Positions 12,438 through 25,199 of a stretch of DNA of 64,000 bases are shown here, one piece after another (position 1 is the stretch's first letter; each line of letters begins with the position of its first letter). The notes under the pieces are model-generated. The model saw only the letters and a list, made by a program, of their open reading frames with translations. It did no database searches and was not told where the DNA came from. The position numbers were made by a program, and so were the translations under genes. The stretch covers positions 17,856,001 through 17,920,000 of the forward strand of contig JBHGNT010000010.1 in assembly GCA_043228905.1 (NCBI GenBank), in the 5' to 3' direction. This stretch comes from Azolla caroliniana (lineage: Eukaryota > Plantae > Polypodiophyta).

Positions 12438-14807
12438 TTTTCCTACGGTAGAAGGCTAGAAAAAGACAATCAAGAGAACGATATTCGAGAACCAAATATC
12501 CTTTTCTAAATCTCCGTTTTTTGCTTTAAATAATTGGCATGTTTCTTTCCATCTATTTTGTTTCTAGCTCAAGGCAGTTTCCTCTTCCCATTATGATTGA
12601 CAATGGTATCATTGGATTTGTCCCCTCGAGATGACGATTGAGTTGAGAAACCATAGGGCTAGGTTTGGGCCCTATTTTATTTTTTTAAATGATTGGGCGG
12701 CTTGGGCCTCCTTGTCCCTTCACACTTGCTCCCTTTTCACCTCTTTGGTTGTCGTTGGCAAATGTCTTTTGCCCCCTCTTCTTTCTTGTTGATTCCTCAA
12801 ATCTCACCTTTTTCTTTGGGTCACCCCCTCTCACTCAATTCCTCATGGTCTCACTTTAAAGAGTAAATTTTTCTTTTCGACTTTGTGTGTTGTGGGAAAT
12901 ATGACACTTCCTAAGTTTTAAAGTCATTCAAGAGTAAAGGTGTATTGTTGCATGGACCTCAATTTGTATAAAGCATTGAGAACAAACTCAACATAAATCT
13001 CATTGCTCAAAGAGGTGAACTCGTTACATTTGGAATCCATAATTTCAATAACATACTGTAATCTCCTTTTGTAATCCCACCGTATTATAATGCTTAGTAG
13101 ATTATGAATCATTGTATATCTCTTACATTATCAACCTTGATAAAGCACTATTTCTTCTCTTTGAGATGAATGTTTTTAATGACAATGGGGTCATTGAGCA
13201 ATTAATTGAACCCCCATGACCTACAAAGTCCATGACTCCTGTCATGCATGCCAATTTAGTCTTTCACTTCATTGTGGTTGGGATTTGCGTCATTTGTGAT
13301 GAATGAGTGTTAACAATTAACCATAATGGTGATGAAATAAGACAAGCCAAGACAAATAAGCATAGTTAAAAAGGATTTATCAGGTATTAATAAGTATTGT
13401 GATTTATACCATCATAAAGCATATTACCCAAACAATCCTTTGTTTACAAATACATATGTATAGAGGAAACAATATTAGAAAAATCAAGAAATAGTAGAGG
13501 TATATTTGTGAGCTTTGTGAAAAAATACGAGGGGGGACATTTTGTTAGATTTTTGTACTCTTTATCACAAGGTTAAAATCCCATGCATATGCAATACTCC
13601 ATTGATCTTAGGCATTTCCAATTTGGCAGCTTTTCACTACCCAACAACTTCACTACTACACTAGCCTAATAGTGAGAGTTATTAATCAAGTGCTTGTATT
13701 TGTTATACTCCTATTTTGACCAATCACCCCCCATACCACAAATTTGTCTTTATAGTGTAGTTGCCTCCATTGTGACATTATGATAAATATGAAGTATAAC
13801 CTAATAGGTTGCCCATGTTTTATGTATGATAGGTGCAAGCTAGGATACTTTGAATCACAGGCAATGCTTTGTTTACTAGAATATGGGCATAATCAGAGTA
13901 ACAATGGTCAACTTGGAAAAATTACTTGTGTTTTGTATTGATTTCCAATGAGAGTGAGAGAAGACAAAGACTTGGTCCTTTTGTGGGTAGCCCACATTTT
14001 TTAACTCATAAATTATATGCATTGAGACTTCAAGTCACCCAAGATTTATGACCTCATTTCACACCAAGTAATTAATAGCTTGCAAAACCATGTTGCCTTC
14101 CAACTTCAATTGTCAGGATTAGAAATATCACTAAATTTTGCTTAGGTGTTCATATTTTGTTAAGAGAGCTTACGGTTAACTTGAATGCAGAAAATAAATC
14201 TTCCTTTAAATCTCAAAAATCAGTGCATTTGCTCAGGGAAATCTATTCTACTAAAACATTAAGTAGATCTTGATTCCTATTCTAGTTAGATTTGTCAATG
14301 CTACTTTTATAAGCATAGCAGTGCAGGGTTTGTTGCCATGGTATCGTATCACTATAAGAATAAAACACATTCAAGATTCATTCAACATATTTCCATAGGC
14401 ATGATTACCCACAGATTTATCCAACATGCATTGGTTGACCAAAGGTAAAATTTAAAACAATTGCACAAGGATTTACCCAAAATTTTCATAAATATACCAA
14501 CCCACAATACATATTTCCAAGTATAATTATCTATTGTAGAAAATAGACACACTTGCACTACATCATGTGTATGTTGCCACTTGCAACGGTGATAGATGAT
14601 AAGTTAAATGTGGAGATAATTAAAAAACAATATGGCACTTCTCATGTAATTTAACATATACATTTAAGAAGGTCAAAGCAAGGATAAAAAGGTTCTTTTC
14701 TTGTTATGAATGTTATCGTCGTTGTTTATTCGCCAATATTGAAACGACGCGCCATTATGAGCAAAAGAGAAATATGTCGTGAATATAGTATGTAGTTAGG
14801 ACGAGTC

Positions 14808-15078
14808 TGACATGTCGAATTGGTTGTAAGTTTTGAACATGCTTGATATTTGATCTCTTTTGTTCTCACCTTACTTCAATGGATGTGCAAAGTCTAGACT
14901 TTATGCAAAATAAGTTATGGCCATAATATATGCATGTCATAAGTGACATGTTGAATTGGTTGTAAGTTTTTAACATGCTTGATATTTGATCTCCTTTGTT
15001 CTCACTTTACTTCAATGGATGTGCAAAGTCTAGACTTTATGCAATAAGTTATGGCCATAATATATGCATGTCATAAGT
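14808..15078. repeat. recent tandem duplication, ~136-bp unit
   Basis: TGACATGT.GAATTGGTTGTAAG...GCATGTCATAAGT starts at 14808 and 14944, with few mismatches. Confidence 0.95.
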
Positions 15079-15381
15079 CAATTATTTACTTGGGGAACTT
15101 TCCAAATCTACTCATCGTATTAAATGGGAAAGTAAAAGTAGGTCCCTTGCTTATAATAATAGATACTGAAATTTCCATAATCTCTTGATCGATACATTAG
15201 TTACCAACGAGATTAATGCCATCAGGTAGTAATAGGCACTCATATCACGCAATGAAATCAAGCATTATCCAATTTCGATGGATTAATCACATTAGATCCT
15301 CTCTCTTTCTTTGGCTTAATGTGTTGCATTTACCAACGAAAGTCACACTATAGAGAACCCAAGTTTCATTGTTGTCAAAAG

Positions 15382-15510
15382 TAGGAATCAACAACTGTTT
15401 GGTTTCAGCTTAACCAGCTTCGTCCAAACCAATCCGGTTAAGCCTGGACCGGTTTGGGAGTTTTCAAACTTGAATTGAACCAATCCCTAATTTGGTTAAG
15501 GCTTATTTAG
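15382..15510. mobile_element. fragment (one end) of the hAT-type MITE family seen at 27716 and 38554
   Basis: TAGGAATCAACAACTG resembles the TIR TAGGGATCGGCAACGG and is followed by AACCG/CGGTT-type subterminal motifs. Confidence 0.55.
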
Positions 15511-15585
15511 TTATTCAGGAAACAAAAATTAACAAATTACACTAGATAGAGAGGAAAAGGTAAGATTAGCCACATTGACCCATTA

Positions 15586-15941
15586 CATTGTTGTAGAATT
15601 CCTACCATATAATACGTACGCAAAGTATTCTAACTTTAAAAAAAAAAACTTAGAATACGTATTTTATAGATAAAATATGTTAATTACTTAGAATACGTGT
15701 AAAATACATTAAATACTTCTTACATTCTAAAAATTTTCTCTCAATAAAATATTTTAAATTTTAAATATTTTAAATTTTTAAATTTTTAAATTTTTAAATT
15801 TTTTTGAAATGTTAAATGCATAGAATACGTCAAATTCTTAGAATATGTTGAATACATGAAATTTTGAAAAATGGCAGTTCTAAAACTGTAGAATACTTCA
15901 AAGTATTCTAAACGTAGACTTCGCATTTTTTAACAACTATG
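15586..15941. mobile_element. hAT-type MITE with 8-bp TSD
   Basis: Termini CATTGTTGT...ACAACTATG. Flanks ACCCATTA (15578..15585) and ACCCATTC (15942..15949). Internal TAGAATACGT repeats. Confidence 0.7.
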
Positions 15942-16415
15942 ACCCATTCCAAAGTCACATGAGATGCCTCATCTAAATTGTACAAATTTGGGCCTCACGA
16001 GTTTAAACATAAGGCTCTGACTGTACTATTACTTGAAACAACTAGAGGTGATTCTGGCGAGTGCAGGTAAAGCATAGAATAGAACATATTGGATATTTTA
16101 CCATCCATGAAGAAGCCAAAATTGACCTATTGGACCAAATCTACATGTCATCTTGTATGTGATTCCTTCATAACAAGAGGGTTTTCTACAATGTAGTAAG
16201 AACTCTATAAGTAAAAACAATGCACACACATATGTGTTAACCCTTCTTGGTGGATATTTCAGTATGACACCATTATGCAAGTCTAACAAGTCATGATATT
16301 TCTCGTGAATTACCTTATACGTCAGACATGTGGTAAGTAATGATATTCATCCTCACACCAGGTTTTCATTGCGTCGCTTCATGGTGATGATGCCATGATG
16401 CTACCTCAACACCCA

Positions 16416-16416
<1 letters not shown>

Positions 16417-16493
<77 letters not shown>
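16417..16493. repeat. (TG)n(GA)n microsatellite
   Basis: Directly visible. Confidence 0.98.
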
Positions 16494-16495
<2 letters not shown>

Positions 16496-16765
16496 GAATA
16501 AGATATTAATCATGGCACGATTACTATTAAGCTACATGAAATTAACCTCTCCGACTAAAAGTAGTATTCTAATGATTTAGTAGTTAATGGGTAGTTTTGA
16601 TATCAAAGCTATTTTTTATATTTCCATTGTAAATAAAATTTCCAAAATGCCCACTTGCTAATTTTTAAAAATTCTCTAAATACCCTTTAAACATTTCTAG
16701 AATATCCCACCATCTCTATACCCTATCAATCACAATGCGCATCCTTCATTACAATGTTCATTAGG

Positions 16766-17160
16766 AACACTCTTGAACATCAAGAGTGAAGAATAAACTT
16801 TGGGCACCGTGAAAATGTGTTCACTTTTGTCCCATAGATCAACTTTCGTCTCCTTGTGGATCCACGAATAAAACTCTTGAACATTGAGAATGAAGAATAA
16901 ACTTTGCATAATGTGAAAATGTTTTCACTTTGGTCCGACAGGTCAAATTTGGTATCCTTGTGGATGGTAAAAAATCCATGAGGAAACTCTTGAACATCAA
17001 CCGCGGAGAATAAACTTTGCACCCTACGGAAATGTGTTTACTTTGGTCATTTTTTACTTCTGAGGACAATGATAAACCAACAACATTTTGAGGAATTCGA
17101 GAAAATTATGGGTGTTGGGAAATTTGCTGAATAAGCATGGTTACTTTAGTACATTCCCTA
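16766..17160. repeat. three ~105-113-bp tandem units, possibly subterminal repeats of a Mutator-like element
   Basis: AACTCTTGAACAT...AGAATAAACTTTG...GAAAATGT.TT.ACTTT occurs three times. The region ends in AGTACATTCCC, whose reverse complement resembles GGGAAAAGTACT at 39991. Confidence 0.6.
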
Positions 17161-18340
17161 ACTATGTAGATGTACTTTTCACAAACACGTGGACAAGTTT
17201 CAAATTTTCTCTTTACTTCAAGAAGAGGATGCAATCATGAACAATATTCAAATTGTTGTACTATGAAGATACTAGAGTATCTAGCTTACAATATAATTTT
17301 AACATTTCTTCTGCATGTTGCTTGGTTTGGGTTCGGGAAATCATGCTACATGGTTTTCCTTGTGAAAGGATTCATATTTTTATGATGGCATTTTTGAAAA
17401 TTAACACACAACTCAACTTGTAATGAGTAGTGAAATCGTATACTATTGTCTTCTAAATGCTCCCATAAGGTACCTTTGGGTCAACAATCATAGGGTATCA
17501 TCTATGTTGTATGTATATGTCTTGACAGTGTGTTGTTGAAAAACTAGACATTCACACATGTTTTACTAATTTAATAAAGTTGCATGGGAAAATCCAAACA
17601 AAGAACGAGAACTTATCAAAGATTTAGGGTTCCACTATAGCAATAATTGATGGTTGTGTGGAAATTTTAAGGGCTAGAATATGGGATTTGACCTTTTATA
17701 TATCATTTACATGTAGTTAAAAATGCATGGAGCATTCATCACAGTAGTATTCAGTCATCAAATAGTTCGGACATGTTATACTCTCTATAGGAATGCCAAT
17801 TTTTTTTTTATTTCTCGTCAATAAAACTCGTAAATCAATTAAACGTGTCAATGGGATAGAATATGACATTGTACGATGTACGATGTACATTATGCAAAAA
17901 CCCCTCAAGTCAGAAGCTTGTTGTGCACAAATCTACTATATTTATGCTCCCAAATGTTGTGCATGTCTTGTAGTGTTTCCATGATTGTATGTGCACAATT
18001 ATGAGTATTATTCAAATTGTAAATTGACAAAAAATGTTACCATAGTACTACGTGCACTTGTTCATATGTGGATTTTTGGCGAAGAAATAACTTAATGGAA
18101 GATGTAGTTCACATGAGAATGAAAGGTCAAACAATGCTCTTATGCATGGCTTGTAGTGTGGATGTCATACTTTCAACATCTAGAAGGTCGAATACAAACA
18201 TCTCAATTGACAAAAAACAGCTTGTACGACTTAAAACATTGTATTTGCATAAAGATGATCAATGCCAAGAATTAGGATTAAATCCAGGTAAGCTTAGTTG
18301 CTATGATACTATGATGTAGTTGACCTATTTCTAGAAGTCT

Positions 18341-18770
18341 CTAGGTAGGGAAGTGAATATTTGAGGTGGTTAGCGTGGCTAACCTTTTGGTACCATCACC
18401 GAATTATGCAACGCACTCAAATCCAATTCATGCTCTCTAGTGTGTATGGGTCTCCAACATTAACAACCTATCTCTAGTATGGTATCAATTTTATTTTCAA
18501 GGATTTTTTAGATAATTCCTAGTACGACCCTAACTAGTAATGCAATTAGCATAGCTTGCCTCTCTAGCTAGGGAGGTGAACATTACAAGTAGTTAGTGTA
18601 GTTAACCTTTTGGTACCACTACCAAGTTATGCAACACACTCAAATCCATTTCATCCTCTCTAGAGTGCATGGCTCTCCATGGACATTAAGAATCTATCTT
18701 TGGTATGATGGTAAATTGATTTCCTAGGATTTTTAGATAATTCCTATTATGACCCTAATTAGTAATGCAA
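18341..18770. repeat. diverged tandem duplication, ~222-bp unit, downstream of the F-box gene
   Basis: TAACCTTTTGGTACCA...TTATGCAAC.CACTCAAATCCA...AGGATTTTTAGATAATTCCTA...AGTAATGCAAT occurs twice. Confidence 0.9.
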
Positions 18771-18955
18771 TATGCGCCTCCGTGCACAAGTTTGGTAAAG
18801 AGACAATTTGCAATAAAAACCACAACGCTTTTCCTTAAAAAGCATACCATAAACCACATAACACTTTTATAAAATTCAAAGGAAAACTATTTTCCAACAT
18901 CCTTTATAACTATACAATTAAAGCTTATATTGCAAAAATTGAAGCCACTCTAAAC

Positions 18956-21346
18956 TTACAAGTTATGCAACGTGTATTCCTTATTTACATGAGACACAAT
19001 TGCTACAAGCAAAGGTCCCGCAATGGAAGCATGCATAAGATCTTCTTTGTCGCTATCATCTAAAGGCTTTGCGTCATTCGTGACGATACACACCGACACA
19101 TCAGACATAACATAGTTATAAGAAGAAACTTGCTCGGCCCGCCAAAATGTATAATCAAAAGAATCAGGGTCTTTTTCTGCCGCTTTTTGTCGCTTCCTCA
19201 ACAAATCCCTCCTCGTTCTCTCTCTTTGACATTCATTGTAATGGTCTTCATCAAGGGGCATACTTCTCAATGAGTCTTTTAGTTGTCTCACACGCTCTCT
19301 CCATGCACGTCGCCACATGCGAGTGTTATATGATCTTTCTGGAGTAGATTCAATTCGCAATGCTTGTGATTCTTCATTTCTATGCCCCAAATGTATGTGA
19401 CGACCAACTCTAATACCTCTATCAAATGAATGATCATTCCTTGATTCATATTGCATGCCACTCAAAGAAGTAACCCTATTCTTAGTATTGCTCCTTTTAG
19501 CAACAACATTGTCCATGGAATTAGCATCAAGTGAGTTTGATGTATTATTCCCATTACATCTTACACGAAGGCATTCATCCTCATCTTGATTTGGCTCATT
19601 GTTCACGTCTTCAACTAAAGGAACCAAACGACTCCCCATTGGTTTGGGCACATGTCCACTCATGTCAATGCCTCTAGACAAATATGAATCAAGATATGTA
19701 GTTTTCCTAATTGTTGCATTTGTTTGTCGAGCATTGGTCGACAGAAGCTTGTTAGGAAGCCTATGGTTCTGATTTGATATAGGTCCAAGTCTTAAGTCAT
19801 TTATGATGACATTATTGGAAGGTTCGATTGAGTTAGGTCTAGAAGAGCAACCTTCCATGTGAACAAAGGAATGAGGATGATCTAAAACTTTTCCTTTACC
19901 TTTACAAATGCTTGTATTCTTTGGGAAGGGACTTTTTGATAAAGGTGAAAAGCTAGGAATTTCATCCTTTCTTCCGTAAATACAAGTTCCATCATTACCT
20001 GAACTTAAAAGACTCTCGCTAGTCTCTTCTTTGCATTTACGCGCACTACCTATTATAGCATTTGGTTCCTCATTTTGCGCATTAGTTGATGGTAGAATGG
20101 CACTATTGTCAAAAAATGCTAAGCATTGTGAATTATCATATGGCCCAAAGCACTTGATATTGCCCCCTACGTGATTTTTTGTATCTTTTGGACCACAAAT
20201 AGCAAGCTTGGAAGGCACCTCTTTGGTATTGTTTGCATGCCCATTCAAATCATTTGAAGCCATTGATTCATTCCCGTATAAAGTCCTAATCTGATCAATA
20301 TGATGTTTCCGTAAAAAAACAGTTATACTCTCGGTGATATCCACGAGCAAAAAGCTTGTCAAGTTAGGAAATTGAGCAATAAAGGGAGGAATAGCATCCC
20401 TCAATTCATTCAACCCTTGGACAATGGCAAAGTGAATAATGGGAAGCATTCTTTTGAGGACATCATTGCTGGGTGCGATCACTTGGCGAAGGTGGAAGCT
20501 AGAGAGGCCTTTCCTTTTCCTAAGAAACACGGTATCCGATGAGGCCCAACTATAATCACGATTATTGGACTTTCCTGATCTATGATCGGGCTTTTGTAAC
20601 CTTCCCATCGATTCATGATCGACACTAATATTATTGTCAATCATATCATTGTTACACCTTCGAGTTGAGGCCCCATTTACTTCAACATTCCTACACATTC
20701 GAGATGAATACTCACTCACTCCGGTATTAGTACACCTTAGAGATAATCCCTCAAGATGGGCACCATCATTCTCACTCCAGCATTCATCCCTATAATCTCC
20801 CATACGAGGAGGTGTATTGACTCTAATGCTAACATTATCATTACCAAGACCAACGCCATCATCGTCATCATCCATGGCTCTAGTAATACCTTTGAAAGCA
20901 CCACTCTCATCAAAGCTCATAGCTTCGTCTTCTATTTCGGGACTAAGCAATGCATGTGACCCTTCGTCTAGACCCATGAGGGAGGAGTCAAGGTCCGAAA
21001 AGTCGCCCGTTTTAGCTGCCATAAAGACGAATTTCTCGACCGAGTTTCCTATTTCGGCGTATCTCATACACCGCGCCCACGTGGGCGGATCCCTTCTCGG
21101 CGCGCCGAGCCTCGCGACTAGAGACCTAAGTTTCTTGAAAGGCCTAATCATGGCATGGATCATGTTCAGCTTCTCCTCGTACGACACGAGCTGCTCGGGG
21201 CAAACGATGGAGAGCGAGGTCACGAGCGCGGCCTTCTCACGGAAGGCTTTCGAGACGGACATGCATCGGACAAGTGACTTGCAGTCCGAAACGGACGAAA
21301 ATATGAGATGGGCGACCTCGTCCGGCAAAGTGTCGAAGTAATCCAT
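18956..21346 (-). CDS. F-box protein, divergent AUF1/At5g46170-like, single coding exon, 796 aa
   Basis: N-terminal F-box MDYFDTLPDEVAHLIFSSVSDCKSLVRCMSVSKAF. Later blocks PPFIAQFPNLTSFLLVD...IDQIR and FWRAEQV...DVSVCIV resemble family C-terminal blocks (recalled, not searched). Uninterrupted 2391-nt ORF from the ATG at 21346. Confidence 0.85.
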   Translation of the reverse strand: MDYFDTLPDEVAHLIFSSVSDCKSLVRCMSVSKAFREKAALVTSLSIVCPEQLVSYEEKLNMIHAMIRPFKKLRSLVARLGAPRRDPPTWARCMRYAEIGNSVEKFVFMAAKTGDFSDLDSSLMGLDEGSHALLSPEIEDEAMSFDESGAFKGITRAMDDDDDGVGLGNDNVSIRVNTPPRMGDYRDECWSENDGAHLEGLSLRCTNTGVSEYSSRMCRNVEVNGASTRRCNNDMIDNNISVDHESMGRLQKPDHRSGKSNNRDYSWASSDTVFLRKRKGLSSFHLRQVIAPSNDVLKRMLPIIHFAIVQGLNELRDAIPPFIAQFPNLTSFLLVDITESITVFLRKHHIDQIRTLYGNESMASNDLNGHANNTKEVPSKLAICGPKDTKNHVGGNIKCFGPYDNSQCLAFFDNSAILPSTNAQNEEPNAIIGSARKCKEETSESLLSSGNDGTCIYGRKDEIPSFSPLSKSPFPKNTSICKGKGKVLDHPHSFVHMEGCSSRPNSIEPSNNVIINDLRLGPISNQNHRLPNKLLSTNARQTNATIRKTTYLDSYLSRGIDMSGHVPKPMGSRLVPLVEDVNNEPNQDEDECLRVRCNGNNTSNSLDANSMDNVVAKRSNTKNRVTSLSGMQYESRNDHSFDRGIRVGRHIHLGHRNEESQALRIESTPERSYNTRMWRRAWRERVRQLKDSLRSMPLDEDHYNECQRERTRRDLLRKRQKAAEKDPDSFDYTFWRAEQVSSYNYVMSDVSVCIVTNDAKPLDDSDKEDLMHASIAGPLLVAIVSHVNKEYTLHNL

Positions 21347-21384
21347 CGTGTGTGTGTGTGTGTGTGTGTGTGTGATCGGACACC

Positions 21385-21522
21385 CTGCACATTCACAGAT
21401 CAAATAAAATAACATACTCTTCACAAAGCAAAAAAGCAAAAAGCAAAAAGCAAAAAGCAAAAAAAAAACAAAAAGCAAAAGGCAAAAGGCAAAAAAGCAG
21501 AAAAGCAACGAGCAGTACTTAC
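21385..21522 (-). other. 5' UTR intron of the F-box gene, filled with (TTTTTGC)n
   Basis: AG|GTAAGT donor at 21522 and TGCAG| acceptor at 21385. Confidence 0.7.
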
Positions 21523-21921
21523 CTCTCCCCCTTCCTTCTTCTTCTTCTTCTTCTTCTTCTTCCTCCTCCTCCTCCTCCTGATGTGATGCTGCAGAATCAG
21601 AATCTCACAGAAGAAAGCTTTTCACTTCTTCAGGTTTTCAGGTGTCAAATGATAGGGTTTAGGATTTCCGACAGGGAATTATTAAGGATTTTAACACAGG
21701 AAAATGTTAGGACATCGAACACATGAAAGGGGGGGGGGGAGAAAAAAAAGCAGCAAAGAAGCAGAGAATAAATACGATTTAAAGGAAACAAGACCGAAAC
21801 CGGGAGAAAAAACCAATAAATACTGAGAGAAGAAGCGCTCTCCGTTTTTCTCTGTGTAGACAGACAGAGAGAGGTTCCATGGAAGCTTCGACGAAGGAGA
21901 CAGCGTTCCCCCCCGTGGATG

Positions 21922-22210
21922 GATGACGTGCCTCTCCAGTTTCTGCGTTCACACTTGTCCGGACAAAAGGGAAAAAAAACGTGACACACCTTATCCACTT
22001 ACTGCTTGCTCCTCGATGACGTGCCTCTTCACCTTCTGCTTTCACACTTGTCCGGACAAACAAACATGACATTACCTTATCCGCTCGCGTGTGTCTCCTC
22101 TCGTCCACCCTCTCGACTTACCCGCACTAACGTGGTGCCTCTCTCCACTCACTTTCTCGATTCACACTTGTCGGGATAAAAAAACAAGCAAACCATATTC
22201 GCCTTATGCA
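21922..22210. promoter_or_regulatory. three-copy promoter module (TGACGTG, TTCACAC, TTGTCCGGACAA palindrome, CCTTATCC) upstream of the F-box gene
   Basis: TGACGTG at 21924 and 22017. Palindrome at 21955 and 22048, with variant TTGTCGGGATAA at 22168. CCTTATCC at 21989 and 22075. Confidence 0.6.
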
Positions 22211-24368
22211 CACTAATGTCATACATCATATCTTTGAACCTGCACCGGGTTTTTTTTCACCATCTTTTGTTATTATTACTACCTTCCCCATACTCACCGG
22301 CATAGTCATCGACAATTGTCTTGATACTGCTTTTCATCGCGTGCATTCGTCCTTGTAAATGAGCACTCCTCGTGCACCTTTGTGGAGCCTTGAAGTGTCA
22401 CGTGCCATGCATCTTAGGTGCATTGATGTTGCTACAGTCTAAATTTTCTAGCTGCATTTGCATGGACATTGATTCTTGGTTGTGCATGGTTTGTCTTTTG
22501 CAACTTGCGTAGGCCTACACTATTCACTACAGTTGGCCCTAGTCACTTTTTAGCATCGTAACTTGTGATGTGGATGGTGGAGATCTACCAATTTGGGGCT
22601 GTGAATGGTATCTTATTTGCAACTTACAAGATGAGGCAATGACACATTGGCCTTGCTAGAGAAAGTTTGTTGCATATTGTGGGCATGGTTAAAATGTTCA
22701 AGTTGTTTTATCGATGTACATTGATTGACCTTAATAATGAAAACTTGCTCATTGCGAATGATAAAAGGAGCTAACCATCTATTCATATATCGTGCAATCT
22801 CCACCATCCATGTTGTTGCACTATAAGCACCAATTCTATTGTTTAGGTTTAGAATTGGTTCCACCTTATAACCAATCATAAGACACATTGATCGTTGTAT
22901 ACAAAGCAAGTTCCTTACATAATTTAAGTTGCCCATTAGTCCATCTAGTCATACATAACTTGATCTCTAGCATCCATGCGGTCATGCTACTAAAATACTT
23001 GTAAAACTAAAGTTCCAAGAATGTATCAATGGATGTTTGAACTTAAGTATATTTGTAGTCAAGGAAAACAAAACACCAAGAAGCAAAAACCCTGCACCAT
23101 GATCGTGGGCTAGCTAGCATGTACGTGTACCAGATCCACTTGAACTCCAAGTTTCTTTGGCATAAATGAGCTTGTTTTATAAATATTTAGGCGCATATGT
23201 GCATGGAATTAATTTGAAACTCTCTATGTTAATAGATCCAAAACATTCATACACTAAGGATTTTAAATAACCATAATGTTGTGTTTATGCCTTAGTTCAA
23301 CATTGTTTGGAAATATTGTTGTTTATCATTTATAGTTTAATCAAATGCTTGTAAGCTCGCTCAAGAGTTAGAGTCAAAGTTTGGATGCAACTTGCAACTG
23401 CATTATCTTAATTATGCATTTTTCCATCTTGGGATATGTGTGCCTATTGATCAGAGAGGATGTGTGCCATACTGACACAGACAGAAAGTTCTACTATGTG
23501 TAATAGAAAGTTAGAGAGAGGAAGAAGTGTATTTACATCTCCAAAGGGCCAATGTGGCCCACAAAACTAAAATGAGATGCATCTCATAGCTTTTTTGCTT
23601 GTTCTATGTAACAAAACCATCCCAAAGCCCCATGAGACTATTACCCATACAGAATAATGGAATATTTGCATTGATGTGCACATGCATAAGATTTCTTTGC
23701 ATCACATGTTTGACGAGGGTAATTGTTTTTCCTATTCCATAAAAGTAAAAATGCACTCTTAAAGAGTATAATTATCAATATGCATTAACATGGAAAGCTA
23801 TTGAAAATGCCTACAATGGATAGGGGAAAATAAGGAGATTGACTCCCACAAAAAATGCATATTTGGGAAGTGTAGAGTGACAAAAACAAATGTCCAAATT
23901 CAACATATATGAACTTCCCATGTCGTGTTTTCCTCCATAGTTACATGATACATCATGAGACAAGAATTGGGCTCATGTTTACCCTATTACCAATGTTGCA
24001 GAAAGGGACAAGTATCAATCACTTCTACGCAAGTAGTGGGTATTAATCAACACTGCTAATCTCCTACTTCTATCCATAAACCTTGAATGAAAGAATTAGC
24101 TAATAGTCAAAGAAGCTACTTAATAGCCTTAACTACACAATTAAGCAACTATTTGATAAGGAAATCACAAATGTTCAAACACCACGATTTTATCAGTAAA
24201 AATCAATGATAATACGAGTGGTTAAGGAACTAAGGTAAAACAAACCTAAGCAAAGATAATTGTGATAGATCATAAGAGAACAAGTATATATGGAGAGAAA
24301 GAGAACTCAAGTCTGAGTGATGAGAAAGTAAATAATAATTGGAAAAAGAAGGAAAACTAATTGGAAAC

Positions 24369-24632
24369 CGTAGTACGTAATATTCGTCTTCGTTAGCCCA
24401 AACATTCTCTTTCATACGTATGCAACGAATGCGTATGTTATTAAAACATTCTTGTGTTTTTTTTAAACACTTTTTACCTTAACTTTCTTGCCCTTTTTTT
24501 TTAAAAACTTTATAATAAATAATGAGTGCAAAAATATGGTATTTACCATACTTCTAGGGTGTTTTTCTTGCGCGAATGATAAGAATGTTCGCGAATGCCA
24601 ATGCACGACTTTTACGTATGCTTCATACTATG
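24369..24632. mobile_element. hAT-type MITE (CATAGTACG-terminus family), older copy, inverted relative to the 24927 copy
   Basis: Termini CGTAGTACG...CATACTATG. Internal TATGGTATTTACCAT and AACATTCTTGTG are reverse complements of motifs in 24927..25199. Confidence 0.75.
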
Positions 24633-24926
24633 CTAAAGACAATCCTCACATATTGTGCTTTAGTGTATAATGTCTTGTTACCATACAACATAATGTCAAA
24701 CCTTGGGATGAGGAAAGTGAATGGAGAAAGCCATTTTGGGAGCAAACAATTAGTATGTAAGATCTCAATTAAAAAATATAAATGACATTTAAAATGAAAT
24801 GCACATGAATCTTTTAGATAAAAATTGTTGAATCAAATTAGAGGGAATGTCGAAAGTGTCTTATATGATGTATCAAGGTAGTGCAATTACATTGTGTTTT
24901 AAGATGCAATGCCTTGTAGTTCCACT

Positions 24927-25199
24927 CATAGTACGAACCATACGTGCATTTGCATTTGCATTCGCAAATGTTTCGATCATTCGAGTATGGTAACCACCCT
25001 CGAAGAATGGTAAATACCATACTTTTGGATTAACTATCTATTATGAGGTAAATAAACCTAAAAAATGAAAAAAAACAAAAAAAAAAAACCTTAAAAAAAG
25101 GGGGAAAAAACACAAGAATGTTTGAATAACATTCGTATTCGATTTCCAACGTAGGAAAACGAATGTTATGCTAGATGAACACGAATTTTACGTACTATG
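24927..25199. mobile_element. hAT-type MITE with perfect 8-bp TSD
   Basis: TIR CATAGTACG...CGTACTATG. TSD GTTCCACT at 24919..24926 and 25200..25207. Confidence 0.9.

Noticed and set aside
21347-21508. Hydrophobic N-terminal extension of the 850-aa ORF (MLFCFFAFCLL...)
   Set aside because: It is translated (TTTTTGC)n and (CA)n repeat lying mostly in a GT-AG 5' UTR intron. The F-box starts at the ATG at 21346.
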